Below are positions 47,692-59,500 of a stretch of DNA of 64,000 nucleotides, one piece after another; position 1 is the stretch's first letter; each line of letters opens with the position of its first letter. The DNA lies in NCBI GenBank assembly GCA_043228905.1, contig JBHGNT010000014.1, forward strand, positions 744,001 to 808,000. Direction: 5' to 3'. Below the pieces are notes generated by a model. It saw only the letters and a list, made by a program, of their open reading frames with translations. It was not told the origin of the DNA and searched no databases. A program made the translations under genes and the position numbers. This DNA comes from Azolla caroliniana. Lineage: Eukaryota; Plantae; Polypodiophyta.

Positions 47692-50600
47692 CCTTTTTGG
47701 TATATTGCAAACAAGGAAACTTGAGTGATCGTGGCATGTTGTAAATGGTTGATTTTGTAATATGGCATATATACTGTTAGGAATATGTCCCTCTTATAGG
47801 AGGAGCCGACTAGTCGGGCCTAGAGCCGACAGTCGAAGACAATGAGGAGCCGACTGGTTGGGTCGAGGGCCGACAATCGAAGATGTAGAGAGTCAACAAC
47901 AGATGATCCAAGTTGAAGACAATACTGACTAGACGGGCCGACTGCACAGTCGACACTAGAGTCAGCTAGTCGATCAGTCGATTGACTAATTGTTATAATT
48001 AATAATAGCAATAGAAGGGAGAGTAGTAGTAGGGACTACATTTGTAAATAGCCCATAAGGTGTATAAGTATAAATATACTTAGGGCAAAGCTTTACTTGC
48101 GTGGCAGAGCATAGTGTGTAGAATAGAAAGTGTAGAATAGAGTTTTTATAGTGTTGTCGAGAGAGAGGGAGGGAGGGAGAGCGATGGCAGAGTTTAGCCA
48201 ACCGGCCAAGAGCCCTAAGTGGTTATCCTCTAAGTATCAAAGAAGTGTTATAACCATTCTTTGTATTCTCTATGTATAGTAGAAGATCTATTCTCCCGTG
48301 GCTTTCCCTGTTTAGGTTTTCCATGTAAATCACTGTGTAATGTGCATTTGTTGTTTTTTGTCTTTCCGCGATATTGTGTATTTCACAGTCAGTCTTCCGC
48401 ATGAATCATAACGATCTTCTTTCCATCAAACTGGTATCAGAGCTTGAGGTGCAAGCATGGAAGGAGGTGTGAGTGGTTTCCTAGGTAGGATAGTTCTAAA
48501 CTCTCATAACTATGCAAATTGGAAGATAAAAATGGAAGATCTTCTCATAGTTAAAGACCTATACGAGCCCATAGACTGAGTTGAAATACCCACAGGGGGT
48601 ATTAGAGTCTGAATGGAAGCTTCTAAATAGAAAGGCGGTGGCCACCATCAGGCAGTGTGTCGATGTAAGTGTCCTTCAACATGTGGGGAACGACACAAAT
48701 GCCTATGAGATGTGGCAGAGTCAAGTCTATATGAGAAGAAGAACACCCTCAACAAAACCTCTTTTATGAGAAAGATTGTGAGGTTGAACTATAGGGATGA
48801 AGAAAGCATTTTGGAGCACGTAAGCACATTCATGGGGTATGTGAATCAACTTGTGGCAACCAAGTTCCCCCTAGAGGATGTGATGCAAGCCATCCTTCTA
48901 CTGTGTACCCTGTCAAATAGCTGGGAGAACCTGGTGGTGACTCTCATCACCTCGTGTCAAGAAGAAAACCTATCTCTGCAAGTGGTAAGAGATAAGTATC
49001 TTGAACGAGGAGATGAGAAGAAAGGACAAGGGTGTCCTGTCCCAGTCAAAGTCGAATGTGGCTCAACATACCGACAGAGGAAGGAACCGGCAAAGAAGTC
49101 CACAAAGAAGGGACAAGTCTCAGGCCAGGTCCAAGTCCAGAGGCAAATTGACATGTTTCTATTGTGGAAAGCCTAGACACTTTCAGAAGGATTTCCGACA
49201 CATGAGGAAGAACAAAGGTGTCGGTAATGATGTTAAACCCAGGAAGATTCCTGATGAAAAGCGCACATCATCTGTAGCTACAAGTGCAGGGGAGATCATG
49301 TTCATCTGTGAACAAGGAAGCACAAATCTTGCAAATGAAGTGTGCACCTCGGTGATCGATTCCAATGCATCCTTCCATATCACTCCGTCAAGAGAGTGTT
49401 TCTTGACTTACATAGTCGGGAACCATGGTTATGTAAAGATGGGAGATAATGGAGAGTGCAAGATAGTTGGCATAGAAAGTGTAAGATGGACGACGTCGAC
49501 AGGTTGTCGACTGACTCTGAGGGAAGTTCGACATGTCCCCTATATCAGATTAAATCTGATATCAATTGGAAGGTTGGATGATGAAGGCTACAATGGTAGT
49601 TTCCAAAATGACAAGTGGAAGTTCTGCCATGGAAACCTCATAGTGGCCCGAGCACAAAAGGAGGGCACTCTGTATATGATGCATGCCCAACTGTGCAAGT
49701 CGGAAGTAAATGTGGCAGCCGACTCAAGTGGAGAGTTATGGCATAAGAGGCTAGGCCACATGAGTGAAAAAGGAATGCATATCCTAACCGATGGGGAACT
49801 TCTCCTAGAAGTGAAAGGAGTGCACTTGGAGAAGTGTGTCGATTACTTAGTCGAAAAGCAAAACAAGACAAAATTCCACACAAGACCACCAAAAAGAAGA
49901 GAAATGCCACTAAAACTAGTACACACGGATGTGTGCTACATAGATGCACCATCGCATCGAGGTAGATAGTACTTCACGACGTTCATTGATGACTAAAGTC
50001 AAAAGTTGTGGGCTTTCGTACTAAAGTCGAGGGACCAAGTAGTGTCATTCTTCAAGGAGTTCCAGGCTAGAGTCGAAAGAGAGTCAAGTCTGAAATTGAA
50101 GGTTGTCCAAACCGACAATGGTGGCGAATATAAAGGGCAATTCGAAGAATACTACAAGGCCCAAGGTATTCGAATCGACTACACAGTATCGAAGACCCCT
50201 ACGTTGAACGGGCTTGCGGAGAGGATGAATCAGACGATCATGGAGAGAGTATGGAGCATGTTATCGCATGTTAAGCTGCCAAAATCCTATTGGGCTAAGG
50301 CGATGTATACAATCGTTTATCTTATCAACAGGTCACCCTCAGTATCATTGAAAGGTGATGTCCCATAGAGGGTGTGGATAGGAAAGGATGTCTCCTACTG
50401 ACACATGAGGGTAGTGGTTAAGGATCAAAGGCCAAAGCTCAACAGTAAGTCGAAACCATGCATATTCATGGGATACTCGGAGAACGAGTTCGCCAAGTGA
50501 ACCGACACAGTTAGCTGTTCGGAGACAACCAATCAACACAGTCGAATCCGAGTCGGTCGACTCGGAGCAACGGACCAACACAGATGAGTCGAAGTCGGCA

Positions 50601-51619
50601 TAGCTGTTGAAGTTGATCAAAGAATACGAGTCAGAGTCGGCTAATCTTGAGTGATCGATTGACACATATGAACCCGAGCCGAGAGAAGAATTGGCAGAGA
50701 CATCCGAACTGGAGCCGACAACGAGTGGAAGAAGATACCCACTCAGAGAAAGGAGAGCACCAACGACGTATGCCAGTCAATACATCCTCTTGACTGATGA
50801 AGGTGAACCGGAGTGTTATGAAGAAGCTATAGCTAATGAGCACAAAGAGAAATGGTTGAGAGCAATGCAAGATGAGATGGACTCCTTGCATGAGAACTAC
50901 ACCTACGACCTGGTAGAGCTACCGAAAGGTAAGAGAGCACTCATGAACAAATGGGTGTACAAGGTGAAGACTGGAGAAGTCGACAACACGCCCAAATATA
51001 AAGCCCGCATTGTGGTGAAGGGGTTTCAACAAAAAAAGGGTGTTGACTTTGACAAGATATTCGCACGGGTCGTAAAAATGACATCAATCAGAATTGTTCT
51101 CAACATAGCTACTAGTATGGACCTGGAAATCGAACAGTTGGATGTCAAGACAACATTCTTGCACGGGGAGCTAGATGAAGAGATCTACATGCAACAACCC
51201 GAAGGCTTTGTGGAGAAGGGGAAGGAGAAACGGGTGTGTCGATTGAAGAAAAGCTTGTATGGTCTGAAATAAGCTCCATGCTAATGGTACAAGAAATTCG
51301 AGTCCTTCATGCAGGAACATAGGTTCCAGAAAACACAAGCTGAGCACTTTGTGTTCATCGAAAGGTACGATGAAGGTGACTTCTTGATTCTCTTACTATA
51401 TGTTGATAGTCGGACAAGACATGAAGAGGATTGTGAGGAAGCTTTAGGCAAGTCATTTCCCATGAAAGATCTTGGACCGGCTAAACAAATCTTAGGGATG
51501 CACATAGTTCAGGTCAGAACTAAGAAAGTGTTGTGGTTGTCACAAGAGAAATATGTGACAAAGATCTTGGAGAGATTCAACATATCGGAAGCAAATCCAG
51601 TCGGCTCTGTGTTGCCGAC

Positions 51620-51623
51620 TGTC

Positions 51624-51671
<48 letters not shown>

Positions 51672-52043
51672 GAAATATTGTATTGCAAAGTAAAATGGAT
51701 TACAAGGAGTAGGCAATAGAGTGCTACAAAATGGCATTGAACCAATTTAGGTTTGGGATGATTGATAGATCCCTATTTATAAGTAATATAGAACACTCTA
51801 GAATATTATAGGTCATCCTAGAATGTAGAGTAATCTAGAAGGTTCTAGTGTATAGAACACTCTAGAATATTTTAGGATATTCTAGAACATAGAGTAATAT
51901 AGAATATTCCTATGATATTAGATTATATATTCTAAAAACTATACATGTAAGAATATAAATACAATGGTTAAGGATTTGACATGTGTACAACAAGGTCGTG
52001 GGTTCAAATCTTTTCGAGGCATGATGTGAGTGTCATCATGACA
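51620..52043 (-). mobile_element. Solo LTR of a further family, inserted in the B6 RT
   Basis: TGTCG...TGACA termini with decayed 5-bp flanks CCGAC/CCAAT. It contains TCTAGAA repeats, a TATA box and a (GA)n tract. The host reads VGSVLP|INCKL across it. Confidence 0.78.
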
Positions 52044-52320
52044 CCAATCAACTGCAAGTTGAATGTTAAGCAATGCCCAAGAAGGGAGAAAGAAAAGGTT
52101 GAGATGAGGAAAGTACCATATGCCTCAGTTGTCGGCAATTCAATATAGGTTATGGTCTGCACAAGACCAGACATAGATTCAAGTCGATCCACTTCTGGGT
52201 ACGTGATGACCTATGTAGGGGGAGCAGTGTCATGGCAATCACGACTACAGAAGTTTGTGGCCTTGTCGACCACAGAAGCAGACTATACGGTTGCGGTAGA
52301 AGCCAGCAAAGAGCTAATCT

Positions 52321-53755
52321 TGGGGCTTATCAGGACCTTTGTTATGAGCATCGAGAGTTAAGTGGGATCTCCGAAAGGTTGATAATTATGAATGTTATGA
52401 TCAATTGGATTGGCAAATCCAATAAAAAATGAAGGAGATTTGTTGGCTCGTTACTTGGTACGAATCAACGATGTGAGAGTCAATTAAGTTTATTCAACCA
52501 GCATTGAAACTACCTCTGAGAGATCTGTATGAAAATTTAGAGGGCTGGTAGTTTCATTAGCGACGGGGAAATGCAAAATGATATAATAATGGCCACAAAC
52601 TTGATAGTCTAGACCAATTTGAAGAGTCATTAAAATTTGAGTTTGATGCACCTTGATAAGGTAACAAGGACTTTATTGAATAGATAAGGGAATTCTCGCG
52701 GGGTTTAAACCTTGTCACTGCTTTTTCCATTCAAATATTCAGTAATTGAGACCATTCGGATGCTCCTTTTCACCATGCATGTTGTTTTGTTCCAAATAGT
52801 CATGATTTGCGTAGATAGAAATATACTCAAGATTGAGATTCTTTCTAGGTGTATGAAATAGTCAACCAAAGTTGAGCCTTGTAAATCCTCAAAAAAAGGA
52901 CAAATTGTTTTTTGGTAATTCCCCGAACTAATCCAAACTTATCCATATATATGTATGTATACCTTTTTTTCTATATTTTTCTAATGAATCTCTTGTGTAT
53001 ATTAGTGTTCCTTACCATCTACTTTCGTTTAATCCTAACAAGTCCTATTTTATTAGGATTCTTAGTATCCATTGCAGGTTTTGGTGGATTCGCCTAAATC
53101 TGGATTTACGCAGTGCCTACCGCTCGAATATACTTTACACCCACACACGGTGAATGGGGCTTGATCTAGTAGCTCTGATGTGTTGTTCGATCTCACCCAA
53201 ATGACTATTTAGTTTATGAAGAAACGAGGCATTAATTTCCTAAGAAGTTTTTTCATCTTCGTTTCGTTCAATGAATCGCACGTAGGGATATCGACAAAAT
53301 GCATAACGCTAAAGGGTCATTGATTTGTATCAACAAAACGGGTCCCTACGTATTATTCGGTCTCTATTATGGTTTACTCCCAACATTACCTATTGGATTT
53401 TCCCAAATTCTATGTGTAAGAGCTTTGGTTACAGGGGAGAATCTTTGCGGTATTGTCGCCTTGAGTGGATCAATGATCGGACAACTATTAATTATTCTAT
53501 CGATATATTGTTCACCCCTATATATATTATGCTCCAAACCACACATGCTTACTATTGTAGTAGTGTCATACATTTTTTTATTTTGGTTTCAAATAAGGAT
53601 TACAAAATTCTCAAGACTTACGTCCCGCTACCTCATTGCGTGATCCATGAATGGTTCGTATATTTCTGAATAGCTTTATTTTTCAGATCTTGAATCTAAT
53701 TTTATTACCAAGCCCCATACTAGCAAGATTGATTCATCTTCTTCTGTTTCGTCGT
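52321..53755. other. Plastid-like DNA insertion (NUPT-type filler) in the B6 RNase H
   Basis: It interrupts the host at KELI(W)|MRIFLTKLG with no TSD, and its right part encodes ycf1. The remainder is unassigned. Confidence 0.75.
53330..53755 (+). pseudogene. ycf1: Plastid ycf1 (TIC214) N-terminal transmembrane fragment
   Basis: LFGLYYGLLPTLPIG..SQIL..RA..GQL..LSIYCSPLY..KPH, then after a frameshift FIFQILNLILLPSPILARL. These are characteristic Ycf1 N-terminal motifs. Confidence 0.88.
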
Positions 53756-54790
53756 ATGCGAATTTTCCTCACTAAGTTGGGAATGAAACAAAGGGAGTTT
53801 TTGCTTCATTGTGACAGCCAGAGTGCCATACATCTAGCCAATAATGTTGCGTACCACTCTTGGACCAAACATATACATAGGAGGTATCACTGTTTGTGGG
53901 AGAAAGTGGAAGAAGGAGAGTTCACTCTTATGAAGATCCATATTGATGACAATGGATCCAACATGTTGACTCTATAGTAGTGTGTTGAAGAGAAAGAGAG
54001 GGAGGGAGGGAGAGCAACGACAAAGTTTAGCGAACCTGCCAAGAACCCTCAATGGTTATCCTTTGACTATCAAAGAAGTGTTGTAACCGTTCTTTGTATT
54101 CTTTGTGTATAGTGGAATATCTATTCTCCATGATTTTTCCTATTTAGGGTTTCCACATAAATCATTGTGTATTGTGCATTTGTTGTTTTTTGTCTTTCTG
54201 CGATATTGTGTATTTCACAGTCGGTCTTCCTCACGAATCATAGCGATCGTCTTTCGATCATATACATCCTGTGTATTCCCACTTGTATCTTGTTCTCGCC
54301 TCTTATTTGTAACAAGGTTGTAAATCTTTTTTGGTATGATCATGAGTTGCAACTAGGATTTTTCATATTAAGTTAGCATACAAGCTGAGGAGTTTTGATT
54401 CTATTCAAAGGACAATGTTTTGTTTTGTATGCAATGGATTTTGTTCAGAGGATATGATTAACCGGCAACGTGGGTAATGTCCCATTTACTTATGATCTAC
54501 CTACCCTATAACATATGATGTAGATATGTCTAAACGGTGTAGTAGGTGAGTGTGGAGTTAAACTCTATATTTGATGAATGAGACGTTGCACTTGCTTTGC
54601 TTTGATGCAAAATTGAACCATAACTGATGATGATGTATATGGAATTTAGGAGCTCGACTCATTAATGAGAAGCCCGACTCATTAATAGGTTGGTGCCCAA
54701 GTACATGTAATGATTGTCTGCAACGATCGTACTAATGACCATTTTCACTGCATAATCACTCACACTAAATTGATTCATTGAAGTCTTTGC

Positions 54791-55190
54791 CATTCACTAA
54801 GAGCTGAAATAATTCACTTCATTCATTAGCATAATTGCTCGCATTGATTTCATTCACCTCAATCACTAGCATTCTCGATGAAATCATTCACTAAGAGCTA
54901 ACATTCTCGATCATTCACTAAGAGTTGAAATCATTCATTTCATTTGTTGGCATAATCGCTCACATTGTTTTCATTCACCTCAATCATTGGCATTCTCGTT
55001 GAAATCATTCACTAAGAGCTGGCATTTTGTATTCATTCACTAAGAGCTAAAATCATTCACTTCAATCATGTGCATTATTGATCACATTGAATTCATTTAA
55101 ACTTCAAACATTGTTATTCATTTGAATTCATTGGCATAATCGCTCACGCTAAATTCATTCACCTTAATCACTGGCATTCTCGATCACATT
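54791..55190 (+). repeat. Degenerate ~121-bp tandem repeat built from CATTCA sub-repeats
   Basis: CATTCACTAAGAG(C/T)T(G/A)AAAT recurs at 54791, 54912 and 55034. Confidence 0.8.
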
Positions 55191-56557
55191 GTATTCAATC
55201 GTCGTAGTAATAGACCACAACCATCTATGGAGAGCACAATGCATCATGGTGTCTTTGCCATGTCAGAAGATGAATTGGAGGATACGTCATGGTCGTCCAA
55301 CGCATTGTTTATATCTGAGGATGAATTGGAGATGCCTTTTGCGTCATCTAATTTTGATCATGAGGAGGAGGTGGTGGATCCCTTCACGTATTGTACCCCC
55401 AGGTATTTTGCATTCTCAAGAGGTACGTATGATTTGATGGTTAAAGATTTATTGGGACAAGTTAAGGTAACATTATAAGCATTACGTGATGTCTCAAGGG
55501 GTGCACCTCTCAATCTCCATGCATGGAGGCGTATGAAGAGTCGTCCCATACTCGAGAATGAGAGTGCAATCTACTTTAAGGCGTCACCTAATCTTCAAGT
55601 AATATATGTCGAGAAATGGAGGGAGGTAGTATTAGCGTCACATGGTGACGCATCCCATCACACATTTTCAAAGACTCTTAATGAGTTAAAGTGGGATTAC
55701 GTTGTCTAGATATTACGCAAGTGCGTGTGGAAACGAGGCGGGACCGCGGGGGTCTCGAACCAAAGAGCAAGCGAGGGAAGAGAAAGAGGGAGAACCGGCT
55801 ACGCAGGACCGGGGATACACAGGGACACGGCCCTTCAGCACGGAGAACGCGAACAGACACCGACACAGACAGATGCGAATGACTAAATATGTATATTAAG
55901 AAAAATGGCTAGCACGACTACAACCCCCGATGGGGCACAGGTTGGTTACAACCGAACAGGCCGGCGAACAGATGCCGATGCCTGTTCGCTTCGACGCACA
56001 AAGGGGGTAGCAGGTCGGAGGTGCTGCCGGAAGCGCTCGGGCGTTCCTCGAAACAGCGCGAGCCTCCTCGGAACCCTGCACAGAAAGCTATGGAGCTCAA
56101 GAAGGAAGGAAACAGAGAGAGAAGCGTCCAGAAACGGTCCGACAGCACTTCGTCCTCTCTGCGCGAGATGCCCGCAACAGCTCTTTCCTCCTCTTATATA
56201 GGCCGACGAGCAGGCCGTCGTGTCAGCTTTATTCCCTGTCCCTTTCGAACAGGGATCCGCTCCGTTCTTCACGCATCCGCGTAGTTACGCCGCCGACTCG
56301 TACAGTTCGCGCGCGCGACCGGAAAGACTGTTCGCGCGGTCTTTGTCTCCACTCGTGTTAGGGCCCGTTCCTGCCAATTATCCTCCTAATTCGCTTCTAT
56401 GTACAACTTGGAGCGTGCGCGCGTGAAGAACCGGTTCCCACGCCTTGGTGCGCCGATTCCGCTTATGGACGGTTTTCTTCACGACATCCGCCCCCACCTA
56501 ACCGTGCATCCTCCGGTATGCGCCAAGAGAGTTGGGACGGAGAAAACCGGCCCGTCT

Positions 56558-59500
56558 TCATTCCTCGCCCGTCGGTTCTTCCTCGTTTTCGGATCGTTCG
56601 TCACTGCTGACCGGGAGAGCCGGGTCTGGCTCGTCGTCGTGTCGCTTCTTGAACGCTTTGATCCGCTTCCCTGCAACCGGTATCGCCATTCTCGTGCCGT
56701 CGAGTTCCGCCAGGTGATATGTCCCGTTGTCATTGGCGCCCCGTACCACGTAAGGCCCGAACCACCTTCGTGCGAACTTCCGTGTAGCTCGGTGCTGGTT
56801 GTCGAGGCTGCTGTCGTAGACGAGCACCCAGTCACCTTCTTCGATTTTCTTCGGTCGGAGCCGGTGCGTTCGGTCGAACCTGGCTTTGTTCTTTTTCCTC
56901 GCCACCCGGAGCTTCTCCGCAGCCAGTTCCACGTCCTCCGGTCTCCGCTCGAGCTGTCGTATGCGCGCGGCCAACAACTCCTCCCGGCTCATCTCGTCCC
57001 TCCAGTCGACCGTTGCCCACGAGGAGATCGTCCGTTCCATCGGCATGATCGGCTTCTGGCCGAACATGAGCTCCGTCGGCATGTACCCGGTTACCGAACT
57101 GTGCATGGTCCGGTCTGCCCACAAAGCATAAGGTAGCAGCCGCGGCCAGTTACCGACTCGGCCTCCGCATGCCCGAACCAACGCCTTGACGATCGGTCCG
57201 TGTCCGCGCTCCACCTTCCCATTCGCCTCCGGATTGTACGCAGTGGTGAGCGAGAGCTTGACTCCCAGCCGGTCGAACAGCTCCGCGGCTTCTTCGGCGT
57301 CCAACTCCCCTCGGTCAGCCACGATCTTCCCGACGCACCCGTACCGGCATATCACGTCCTCGATTAGGAACCGGCATACGGCCGCGGTCGTTTTGTTCGG
57401 AAGGGCCCGGCCTTCCACCTGGTTCGTCAGATCCTCCCGCGCTAGGACCAGGTACCGCATCTGTCCTACCCCCATTGGCATCGTCACCAGATCTACCATC
57501 CATTTGAAGTGGATGGTCGGAGGGTACGTGGGGTGAAGCTCGTCCCGATGTCGGACTATGGAGTGCATCTGACAGCTCTCGCAAGTTGTCACGAACCGAT
57601 GCACGTCCTGGTACTGCCCCGGCCACCAATACTTCCCCTTCAGTTTCTCAAACGTAGCCCATGTTCCACGGTGTCCAGCCCAAGGGCTGTCGTGGTAGGC
57701 CGTCAGCAGCTCCTCCTGCTCTTCCCTCGTCGCCACCACCCGGAGCGGAGCGCCGTCCCTCTTCTTCGGGTGCTTCCATAGATAGCCATCCCGGAGAAAG
57801 AACCGGTACGCTTTCTTCCGGATCCGGTTGGCCTCGTCCTTCGTCCATGACGCATCGGGCATCATTGTCTTCAAAAACCCACCGATCTGCAGCCACTCCC
57901 CGTCGTACTTGCTCGCGTCGAAGTCGTTAAGCGCCGGAGTGCTTGTTCCGTCGGTTGTTACATACGCAGTCTCGAAGAAGTCCACGCCGACCTCTTCGTC
58001 CTCCGAAACCATGCCGCCCTCGTCATCGAATCTCGCCCTCGAAAGCATGTCGGCCATGGCGTTGTCTTTTCCGGAAATGTGTCGTATTTCCGGGTCCAGG
58101 GACTTGATGTACGCTATCCACCTGAGCATTGCCAGGTCCGGCGTCGCGCATCCGGAAACCATGCCGAGAATCGGCATGCAATCCGTCTCTATGATTGCCT
58201 CCGTCCCGATCAGATAGTCCTTGTCGGCCTTCACCGCCGAAACGATACCCCAGAGTTCGCGTTTAACCTGGGCGTATCCGCGCTGCCGTTCGCTGAGGAC
58301 CTTCGCGCCGAATCGGATCGGAAACCGATTGCCGTCCTCGTCTTCTTGGTTGACGACCCACCCGATTCCGGTCGGACTCGTGTCAACCGTTATGTACACT
58401 GGGGTGCCCTTCCTGTAGACGGCCTTTCGGAGCGCCGGTGCTGCCGAAAGAGCCTCCTTCAGCTTCCGGACCGACTCCGTGTGCTTGTCTAGCCATTCGA
58501 ATCTTCGCCCTTTCTTCAATAATCCGTACAGCGGTTCCGCGACGTGCGCGTAATGCGGGATCCATATGTGGTAGAAGGCGCATGCCCCCAAGAATCTTCG
58601 TACTTCCGTGACCGAGCTGCAATCAGGCTTCATCGCGGAGATGGCTTCTACCTTTGCCGGAGACGGTCTCCGGCCATACGGTCCACATAAATGTCCGACC
58701 ACCATGATTTCCGACTGCCCGAAGGCTGACTTCTCCCCCGAGAAGGTGAGCCTCGCATCCTCTAGCCTTTGCAGCACCTTCTCGCAGTCGTCGATGTGCG
58801 TTACCACGAATCGCCGGCATCCGTCCGGCCCGATCGTCTCGTCCTTCTCTTCTACCGGGCATCCCTTGATCGGGATGTCGTCTAGAAACGGCATGGTGAT
58901 GTCCGGGATGCAGTCCCTCATCACCTTGTTCATTGCATTCACCATGTGGGCCACCGAGTTGGTCCCTCCTTGCGGCAGCGTACACATCCGCACTAGGCCG
59001 AGGGGAGTTCGCATCGTCGTAATGTCTCTGCTCTCCACGGCTAGCTGGAACTGGTCGTACCCTGAATATAGATCACCGACCGAGTAAATCGACCTCCCGG
59101 CGAAGGCCTCCGCGAACTCGTCTATGGTCGGTCCGATCCCTGCGTTCCGAATGGTCACCCTATTGACCGGTTGCAGGTCCTGAATGAAGCGCAATGATCC
59201 GTTTTTCTTTGGTACCGTAAACCACCGGTTCGAGTACGGGGCGCTCGACGGCTCGAGAATGCCCATATCAACTTTCTGCTTCAACAGCTCCATCAACTTC
59301 GGGATGTGAGCTCTCGGAACCGGAATTGGCTTGAGATTCCACGGTACATGCGGTACCGTGAATATCACCATCGGCTCTACGATCGTCGGGTCTACGCACC
59401 CGATTTCCTCCGGTGAGAATGCGAAGGCTTTCCCGTGCCTTCCGAGCATCCTCCGAAACCGGTCTTCCTCCACCGGCAGTAGGAACCTGCCCCCACCGAT

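Larger units (their letters stand above)
47775..54260 (+). mobile_element. Old Ty1/copia element B6 (Tork/Tnt1-like), degraded
   Basis: 5' LTR at 47775-48428, PBS at 48432, gag from 48457, pol remnants to ~53977 and a partial 3' LTR at ~53980-54260. TSD TATAC. Confidence 0.9.

Noticed and set aside
47692-47774. Unassigned spacer (with 42236-42268 and 54266-54700) as a host gene 3' end
   Set aside because: Too short, with no recognisable coding or splice pattern.
51625-51667. (GA)n/(TC)n microsatellites
   Set aside because: Ordinary LTR leader components, present in most LTRs in this window.
53651-53977. ycf1-RNase H fusion protein
   Set aside because: An accidental in-frame junction between two pseudogene fragments, with no evidence of expression.
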